From assembly GCA_004764695.1 (NCBI GenBank), contig SMSO01000034.1, forward strand, positions 248,001 through 312,000: a stretch of 64,000 nt of DNA, written 5' to 3'. Shown piece after piece: positions 56,794 through 64,000 of this stretch (positions are counted from its first letter, which is position 1; each line of letters starts with the position of its first letter). Both the position numbers and the translations under genes were made by a program. Source of the stretch: Schizochytrium sp. TIO01. Its lineage: Eukaryota; Protista; Bigyra: Labyrinthulomycetes. The notes under the pieces are model-generated. The model saw nothing but the letters and a program-made list of their open reading frames with translations, was not told the origin of the DNA and searched no databases.

Positions 56794-57995
56794 TCTCTAG
56801 AGGCACGTGAAAAGAGTATATGTTAGTGTACAAGGAGGAGTACACACCAAAGAGCTAGGCAAGCTCTCCAAGCCAGGAAATCTTGAAGGTTCTACAACTG
56901 CACGTATTCACGAGACATGCTTGTAAGAGAAAATCACGCAAGTTGAACTTGTTCTGGATGCGCAGGCGGCTGCGTACAACTGCGATGGCCCATTCTAAAA
57001 GAACAGTAGCGAACCCAATTGATAATAACAAACCTCTATTTACAAGAGACCAAATCCATGAGAAGATCCAAAGTGTACTTTAATTAACAAATAGTCAGTG
57101 CGCAATCAACCAAAACAACCAGGGCTCAGGTAGTGCACACCATTAGCCTTGGCTCACTAATGAGACATGTTTACTTTTCATCCTTCGACTTGGTTGGAAA
57201 CTCAGGTCAAAATAATCAGTTATTGTAGGGGCTTGGCTTCGATGAACGTGGTAATGGTAGGAGGCTTTCGCTAACTGGGTTTTGGCGGGCATTTTTAAAG
57301 GACGTAGTTACAGTAGAGGGTGGGAGTGATAAAGAAAGAACAAGTTGTGCACCATTCATCCTAAATCTCCTTTGAATTTGACACTCGCCCCAAATATACA
57401 ACCATAGGCTACTTTTGAGAATACGTTTTCGTGAGGAAGTGCAAGTCGCACATTTTGAGAGCTATCAGAATAGGACGGTAATCATATAGTAGTAGAACGG
57501 ATCAGATTATATGAAAGGTTGACGCTATTCCTTATTTGGAAATGGTTTCACATACCTAGGTATTGTTCAGCACTGCACATAAAATTCTTATTATTATATA
57601 CCAAATAAATACTTAAAAGATGTTTTCACTTCACACTTCAGAGTTTTTAATTTAAAAGTGAGTAAATATTTTTTTTAAACAAAATGTTACAAAAGAATGG
57701 AAACAACTTTACAGCTACACGTTTGAACATGAACATTGCACGTTGCTATAGCACTCTCACTAGTTATCTCTTACTAGTCCTATTTCTTGGATTAAGTAAA
57801 AGCATTTCGTTCATTGCAGCAGAGTCTCATCATATACCATAGTAAGTAAACTAATTAGATATTGGGTTGAAAAATGATTTATTTAAACCTGAAAAGATTC
57901 TTTAAAGGCTGCTCAATGATTTTTCTGCCACTGCTTCGCTGGCAAATCTAGAATACGAAACTAATACAGTTGCCTGGTTTAAAGCGCTAGGAATC

Positions 57996-59819
57996 ATGGA
58001 GCTAGATTTCAAGCTCGAGCATGATCAGCTAACGACGAGCCCTGAAGAGTCCTTTCTCTTGGGAACTATCACCACTGGTGAAGAGAAGGTTGATGGTGCC
58101 GTTTTGCTGGTGCTTCTCGACACTAGTCGCTCGATGGACCATCGCCAACCAGAGCTCGAGACAGTGGACGACTTCTATCGAAGCAGAATTGAAGTAATCA
58201 AGGTAGCTTTGTTTGAGCTTCTTGATGAAGCAAATGAGAATGACCTGGTCGGACTCATTACCTTCGATAATGATGCCGAGACAATCTTTGAAATTGAACA
58301 TGCTACAGCAGAAAATAAAAATTATTGGAGAGAAGCCATCAATGAAAACATTGAGTTTGCCGGGCAAACAAACCTTGAAAAAGGCATCAGATCTGCCGTG
58401 AATGAGCTTGAGTACGTGGAGTCTTTTCTTCAGAAAGACTCAGCGGTGATAGTTATTATTTGTGATGGCTATATCACATCAGGGGTTGGATATCCACGTT
58501 CCAGAAATCAAGTTAACGTTGCTCACCAGAATCTTATTAGCTTGATCAGGAGACAACTAGAACAACTCGAAAACATGAATGTTTCTATTCACTCCTGTGG
58601 CATTGGAAATGAATTCGATAGACGATTCCTTCAGAGGATATCATCAGACTGTGGATCTGGGGGGCGCTTTCAAGGATTTGTTTTACCTGAAGAGCAGTTG
58701 AAGACCTCTAGTGGGTTTTTATCTACATTGCTTCAAAACGAGAGGCGGACGCTCAAGGGCAAAACCGGGGTATACTACACCCTTACTGCGGAACCCGGTA
58801 CCACATTGGCAATCCGTACAGCAACTGAAGCGTATGATCCGAGCTGCTTGGAAATTGAAGAACTTGAAACTGGCAAGTATAAGATTACACCCAAGAAGCA
58901 GTTTGTACATAGGAAGGTACTATTTACAATGGTTGTTTTGCTGGAGGAAGTAGTAACACCAAATCAAAATCATAAAGTTGCTCGATTTTACTCGAGTACA
59001 GATAGCCATACAAAATATGTTTTTGTTGATCGATGCGACACAAGAACCCAGAATACGAAGCGCAATATAAGGCGAAGAGCTGTTGAAAAGCAGAATAGTT
59101 TAGCTACTGAACTGGAAAATCTGAGCAAGCAAACAGACCAGGAACAGGTTGAAAACATCGATGAGTCGCATAGAAAGTTGATTGATTTTAAACAGAGTCT
59201 TCAAAGTGTTTTCAACCTTGCGTGTACTTTTGGTCAAGATCCACCTTCCACTAACCAGCTTCTACAGATTTCTTTGATTCTGGAAAAGGTTTTGAAAGCT
59301 GTTACAGATGCTATGAGTGAAATTCAAACAGGCATTACATCATTAAGGCAATCGGTTTTGGGGTTCCGCCTTGGATCATTATTTGCAACGTTTGCAGATA
59401 TCCTTCGAACACAGATGCCGTCCACCTTCGTTTTTGCGTACACCGAGGACAGTGAAGAGGACGTGGAAGTTAGTCTGAGGAAGCAAATATCGGATGCTGA
59501 AAAGGAGATCCAAAGATTGGAGGAGCTGGGTCGCGTTCATGGTTTCGATGAAAACCAGTTCAGTATCGCCGAATGCCATGCACGTTTAAAAAGAATCGAG
59601 GAGCGCAAAATGGAGCTTCAAAAAGAGCTAAGAGAAATTGGGCTTCTAAGAGAACCATCATCGCAAATATCCCGGAGAAGTTCTTCAGGAAGTCAACCCA
59701 GACGAAGCATCTCAAGGTTCTTTCCACGTATCTTGCGACGTCAAGAAGAGCCTTCTACAAGATCAAGTGCAGACGGCTCTTCTCGAACAAGCTCAGATTC
59801 ATTTGATGCTCAAGAATAA
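57996..59819 (+). CDS. von Willebrand factor A (vWA) domain protein, paralog 2
   Basis: Intact MIDAS: LLDTSRSM, GQTNLEKG, IICDGY. Also SIHSCGIGNEFD, a C-terminal coiled coil and an S/R-rich tail. Confidence 0.9.
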   Translation: MELDFKLEHDQLTTSPEESFLLGTITTGEEKVDGAVLLVLLDTSRSMDHRQPELETVDDFYRSRIEVIKVALFELLDEANENDLVGLITFDNDAETIFEIEHATAENKNYWREAINENIEFAGQTNLEKGIRSAVNELEYVESFLQKDSAVIVIICDGYITSGVGYPRSRNQVNVAHQNLISLIRRQLEQLENMNVSIHSCGIGNEFDRRFLQRISSDCGSGGRFQGFVLPEEQLKTSSGFLSTLLQNERRTLKGKTGVYYTLTAEPGTTLAIRTATEAYDPSCLEIEELETGKYKITPKKQFVHRKVLFTMVVLLEEVVTPNQNHKVARFYSSTDSHTKYVFVDRCDTRTQNTKRNIRRRAVEKQNSLATELENLSKQTDQEQVENIDESHRKLIDFKQSLQSVFNLACTFGQDPPSTNQLLQISLILEKVLKAVTDAMSEIQTGITSLRQSVLGFRLGSLFATFADILRTQMPSTFVFAYTEDSEEDVEVSLRKQISDAEKEIQRLEELGRVHGFDENQFSIAECHARLKRIEERKMELQKELREIGLLREPSSQISRRSSSGSQPRRSISRFFPRILRRQEEPSTRSSADGSSRTSSDSFDAQE

Positions 59820-59914
59820 CCAAATACTAAAACTCAGTCACTGTACTTCTCTTCATCGAAGAAAGTTTGAAAACCATACTAAGCAAAACCTTGAAAAGCT
59901 AAACAAATACGAAG

Positions 59915-62900
59915 TTAATGAGAGCTGTTCTTCTCAATTTTTAACATAGATAGAGTACTACTTCCTGCAACAAAACCGTAAAAGCTTGTCTCTGATGCTG
60001 TCCAGTGGCTTATATTGTCATCAAAAGTAAAGCTTGAAGTCTCAGGATATTGCACGTGCCCGCCCTGGACTTGCCATTTTCCAGGCCGATCTCTCTTCCA
60101 ATCACATTTGGAGACTGTCGCTTGATCAATAGGTTCAATGGATTTCCTATCTTGGGCTATGTGCCAGCCACGTTTCACCCCATATTGGGTTTTTGCCAGC
60201 AAAATGTCCTCTGACAGGCAGAGATCAGTGGCTATGAAGGTCAGTTTTCGCGAAGCAAGCTCTGCAAGAGAGTTCAAATCCCATATTTTGAGGACTTTGT
60301 CACTAGATGCAGTTGCAACCCAGTCAGTCGCAACAACGATCGAGGTGATTTTGTCTTTATGAGCATCGACGATACACATCTCTGCTTTTTCTTCTCCTTT
60401 GGAACGCTCCCAGACTCGTATGCCTCCTTTGCAATCCCCACTCAAAATATACTCAGGAGCTAGTGCAAGGCACGAGGATGGTGCTGCCGCTGCATCTGGT
60501 TGTACGTGACGACTGATATTGTCATCATCTTGTTCATCTCTACCCAAGGGCAACATAGAAAGCCGTCCTACTCGAATCTGGCCATTCTCGTATCCAATAA
60601 CACTTCGCTCCTTTGGACTTAGCGTAACACTCGTTACAGCTGAGTTACTTTTTATGAGTCCAGTGCACTTGATTGCTTCAAGATCTGTAAGGTCCCAGCT
60701 GCAAACAGTTCCATCTTCTGATCCACTTAGTAGGAAAAGTTTCGTTCTAAATTTACGAATAGAGAGGGATGAAATACGACCTAAATGTAGACGCTCGCCT
60801 TCCTGTGAAATGCGATGAGCAGAAGCAGTCTGGTTCGACGATTTGCTTGAAGTATCATCACTCTGGTCCTCGATTTTCCACACAGAAATTTCTCCTTTCT
60901 CATTCCCCACAATGATTAAACTTTCACCATACATAACAAATGCAGTACACACCGCAGATACCAAATCTTGCAACACCCTTGTGCAGCATTCCGAATCACT
61001 CTGGTGAAGGTCCCAGCTAAGAATCTGAAAATCTTCGGTGGCTACAAATATCGACTTTAAAGTCAGTGCTACACCAATAATAATTTTTTTTGTATCAAAT
61101 TCTCTTCGGGGCTTGTGGTCCTCACTTGAGTGATCCCATAGAGTTACACAGCCGTCTAATGATCCACTCACCAGATATTTTGAATCCATTGCCATAGATG
61201 TGATATCCATGTCATGCCTGCTAGGAAACTCCTTCTGGTGATATTTTGAATCCATTGCCATACACGTGATATCCATGTCGTGCCTGCTAGGAAATTCCTT
61301 CTGGTCTAATTCTGTTGGTGTGTAAACACGGATTAGCCGACCTTCTTCACCGCTAAACGCACATGCAAATGCGACTTCCCCATTGCTTTCTGAAGAACAC
61401 ATAGCCAAGCATGTTGGTATCATATCGATGTCAAGGTGGAAGAGTTTCTCACCAGTGTAGATATTCCACGCATTGACCTGCTCGTCATCTTCTGATAAGG
61501 AAATAAAAAGGTTGGCCGCAGCTGCAAGACTCGTTACATCATCGTGATGCTTTCCGCTTAAAGTGTACAGAAAGAAGCCCTGGGTGGTTGAATTAACTGG
61601 CATAAGTTCATCATAGGAAAGGCTGTGCCGGCCTTCTGCACCTGTGCATAAAGGATGCTCTTTCGACAGACGACAAAGAATTTGGGTCCGAAGTTGACGA
61701 GAGTCGAAAATAAGTGCGTCAGTATTTTGCACAAGAAAATCAATTGTTGTGATCGCAGCAGATTGTTCCTTTGGAGCAACAGAGCGATATTGTTCAAGGT
61801 CTTTGTTCCACAGTGTGACATCTACACCCTGTTGCACAATCGCCCCATAGATCTTGTCATAATCTACTAGGTATCTGGCGAGATCTTCCAATCGATTTGC
61901 CTCAAGCAGATGGTATATTGCATGTTTAGCGCTAAAGAGACACTCTGATACCCTATCTTGACAAACCTCAGCTAAAAGCGCATGGCCCTTTGCCAAAATT
62001 GGCCTTAGGTCCTCCCGTAAAATACTTTTGATTCGCTCGAAGTCTCCCAATTTGACCGTCTCAAGTCTTGTGCGTTCCAAAATTCCTTGAGAGGAATCAA
62101 TAACAACTTGTATGTCTTCTGTATATGCCACATGTAGAAGAGTTTTTACAATATCAAATGGAATTGCCTCGCGTGCTACACACAAAGCACACAAGAAGTC
62201 CTTGCGCTTATTCCCGTCCGCACTGTTTTCATTTAGAAAATTATCCCTTAAACATGACTCGTAGATTTCCAGAGGTGATCGTGAATCTTCTGGTTGGTTT
62301 GGTAGAGATGTCGTATCAAAGTCATACTGAGTAACAAAGTTGCTGGCTTCACCCATGTTCCCCCCACTTTTTCGCAGTGTCAAGGCTATCCATTCGTCAA
62401 GGGGCTGGGTATTGGGATATTTCTCTTCGAGTCTAATTTTTGCGACCTGTTTGACATCTTGGTAATTGTTGGGTAATTGCGGGTCTAGAAGATGAACTAG
62501 AGAATTTGACAAGATATCTTGTCTCTGACTAGACAGAATGAGGCCGACCCATTTGGGCAGCCTTTCGTTCCAATCATTTAAAAGTCGTTGAAGATCATCT
62601 TTTCCTTCAGTGATGAAGTCAAAGCCATCAATAATGACCACAACATTGCGTTCACTTTTGACGCTTCCTAGTGGCTTAACAATAAATTCAGTGAAGATAA
62701 CATCTAGTGTGACGCTCTCTAGCTCGGAAAAGTTTGTGAATGTTTCTGATACCGCTGTTATTTGATTACAGCAAGTTTGCACAGACTTCTGTAGTTGTTT
62801 GGCAATGCTTAGCAAAACAAATTTCGCAGACTTATTTGAGGTACGCCCATGGGACTCTGCTTCTTCTGGGACAAAAAATGCTGCAGCGACTAGAATCGTT

Positions 62901-63751
62901 GATGCAGACTTTGAGAATATTCCCTTCATCTTCTGGGAGAGGCGACGTAACGATAGTCGCCTGGATGCGTGTTGGGAGTCACGTTCCCAGTTCGAAAATG
63001 CTTTTGGATCTAGACATTGCGCAATTTTGTCTGGATTGAAGAATTCGCCGATGCCGCAGAGGGCAGCCAAGAACACAGATTTCCCCATTCCTTTATCTCC
63101 CGAGATGAGTAGAGAGTTTGAAAAAGGTTTTGAAGCCCATGTTTTAACAGCATTAAAGAGCCACGTTCGAGTATCCTCGATAAATTTGTAATAAAGGTCC
63201 TTAATTCTGGCCAAGTTTTTGGATTCATCCAACCCTACCAGAAGTGAGGCTCCAGCATCACTTTTAATACCTGCTTCGCGTTCCTTCATAATTGCATCGA
63301 AAATAAATCTCGCGGCTTCTCTGGCGTTGTTTTGATTTTCCTCAGCTATAGAATGGTACAACAATGGCGCCAATCGAAGGAGCCTGAGGCCCCAATTTTT
63401 TTGATCATGCATATTCGGATTTTGCACAACAGGAAAGACGGTTTTTTGCGAGTGATGTGTCAGCATCACATCAAATTCAAATGAACAATTTTGAAAGCTA
63501 CCTTCGTCATCCAACTTTTGTTGGTATTCCGTTGTGATGAAAACTACCATGTACTCGCTGTTTACGATGCCCTTGGCAATTTGTATATCAAGGCCGCGGC
63601 CAACCATTAGGTCGTTCATATCTTGCCAAACATCAAGGTTTAGCTTGCTAAGTTCTTCATAAACCATGCAGACAAACTTCTGACGTTCCCTGTTTGGTCC
63701 CCACGCATAGGATAAGAATATGTCCTTCGCAAAGGCTTCCGTTCGTGGCAT
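59915..63751 (-). CDS. TIR-NACHT/STAND-WD40 NLR-like protein (paralog B)
   Basis: TIR: DIFLSYAW...VWQD...VVFITTEY...NCSFEF. Walker A GDKGMGKSV; Walker B VVVIIDGFD. WD40 repeats (LVSGSLDGCVTLWD, LLSGSEDGTVCSWD, VATASSDKVLKIWD). Confidence 0.92.
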   Translation of the reverse strand: MPRTEAFAKDIFLSYAWGPNRERQKFVCMVYEELSKLNLDVWQDMNDLMVGRGLDIQIAKGIVNSEYMVVFITTEYQQKLDDEGSFQNCSFEFDVMLTHHSQKTVFPVVQNPNMHDQKNWGLRLLRLAPLLYHSIAEENQNNAREAARFIFDAIMKEREAGIKSDAGASLLVGLDESKNLARIKDLYYKFIEDTRTWLFNAVKTWASKPFSNSLLISGDKGMGKSVFLAALCGIGEFFNPDKIAQCLDPKAFSNWERDSQHASRRLSLRRLSQKMKGIFSKSASTILVAAAFFVPEEAESHGRTSNKSAKFVLLSIAKQLQKSVQTCCNQITAVSETFTNFSELESVTLDVIFTEFIVKPLGSVKSERNVVVIIDGFDFITEGKDDLQRLLNDWNERLPKWVGLILSSQRQDILSNSLVHLLDPQLPNNYQDVKQVAKIRLEEKYPNTQPLDEWIALTLRKSGGNMGEASNFVTQYDFDTTSLPNQPEDSRSPLEIYESCLRDNFLNENSADGNKRKDFLCALCVAREAIPFDIVKTLLHVAYTEDIQVVIDSSQGILERTRLETVKLGDFERIKSILREDLRPILAKGHALLAEVCQDRVSECLFSAKHAIYHLLEANRLEDLARYLVDYDKIYGAIVQQGVDVTLWNKDLEQYRSVAPKEQSAAITTIDFLVQNTDALIFDSRQLRTQILCRLSKEHPLCTGAEGRHSLSYDELMPVNSTTQGFFLYTLSGKHHDDVTSLAAAANLFISLSEDDEQVNAWNIYTGEKLFHLDIDMIPTCLAMCSSESNGEVAFACAFSGEEGRLIRVYTPTELDQKEFPSRHDMDITCMAMDSKYHQKEFPSRHDMDITSMAMDSKYLVSGSLDGCVTLWDHSSEDHKPRREFDTKKIIIGVALTLKSIFVATEDFQILSWDLHQSDSECCTRVLQDLVSAVCTAFVMYGESLIIVGNEKGEISVWKIEDQSDDTSSKSSNQTASAHRISQEGERLHLGRISSLSIRKFRTKLFLLSGSEDGTVCSWDLTDLEAIKCTGLIKSNSAVTSVTLSPKERSVIGYENGQIRVGRLSMLPLGRDEQDDDNISRHVQPDAAAAPSSCLALAPEYILSGDCKGGIRVWERSKGEEKAEMCIVDAHKDKITSIVVATDWVATASSDKVLKIWDLNSLAELASRKLTFIATDLCLSEDILLAKTQYGVKRGWHIAQDRKSIEPIDQATVSKCDWKRDRPGKWQVQGGHVQYPETSSFTFDDNISHWTASETSFYGFVAGSSTLSMLKIEKNSSH
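61174..61305 (-). repeat. In-frame 66-bp tandem duplication inside the WD40 region of NLR paralog B
   Basis: 61174-61239 vs 61240-61305 match at 62/66, encoding QKEFPSRHDMDIT(C/S)MAMDSKY twice. Confidence 0.95.
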
Positions 63752-64000
63752 ATTTACAGCCTTGCTTTAGCAGATATGATCTCGTCAATTCCCGGACTGG
63801 GCTCGCCTGTCTTCAAGGAGTTCTGCTGCAGCTTTGCACTTGCGTGAGGTATTTCAACCCAAGTAAAAGTTTTGACAGACTACTAATAGAATAAGTATAG
63901 AACTTTTGAAATAGCATTCAAAACGAGTAGTTAGTTTACGATATTACTGTGTAATTATAGGGTAGACACGATGGAGGAAGTCTGCAAAAGTTGTAGTGTA

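Noticed and set aside
49484-63751. Bacterial defence-island contamination
   Set aside because: Mixed gene orientations, 1-1.5-kb AT-rich spacers, no operon structure, and continuity with eukaryotic genes and SSRs. Ancient horizontal transfer is not excluded.
1-64000. tRNA or rRNA genes
   Set aside because: None recognised by eye; tRNAscan-SE or barrnap would be needed to exclude them.

Overview
Eukaryotic, intron-poor, microsatellite-rich genomic DNA. It most plausibly comes from a thraustochytrid/labyrinthulomycete-type stramenopile, which is inferred from single-exon genes, C/G-ending codon bias in housekeeping genes and SSR-rich spacers, and is not proven. Layout: (1) 1-5.1 kb, an AT-rich decaying segment with a coiled-coil ORF running off the left edge, a frameshifted and stop-interrupted DEDDh exonuclease, a small secreted Cys-rich ORF and a kinase-like pseudogene. 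(2) 5.3-23.8 kb, host genes: PHT1/PHO84-type phosphate transporter, CPPED1-like metallophosphoesterase fused to a Myb domain, a zinc-ligand-free DHHC-like acyltransferase, EFG1, and two hypothetical proteins (one Rdx-like with IQ motifs). (3) 24368-30603, an intact 6.2-kb DNA transposon with 20-bp TIRs and an 8-bp TSD, encoding one 1844-aa DUF6729-like/DDE/Ulp1-protease protein and inserted into a palindromic ~30-bp minisatellite. (4) 30.8-49.4 kb, a gene-poor repeat-rich stretch holding an NDUFA4/B12D-like gene and purF. (5) 49.5-63.8 kb, the most interesting part: two paralogous TIR-NACHT/STAND-WD40 NLR-like genes flanking two paralogous MIDAS-intact vWA genes. This looks like a duplicated NLR+vWA module and is a candidate undescribed protist immune or allorecognition system.
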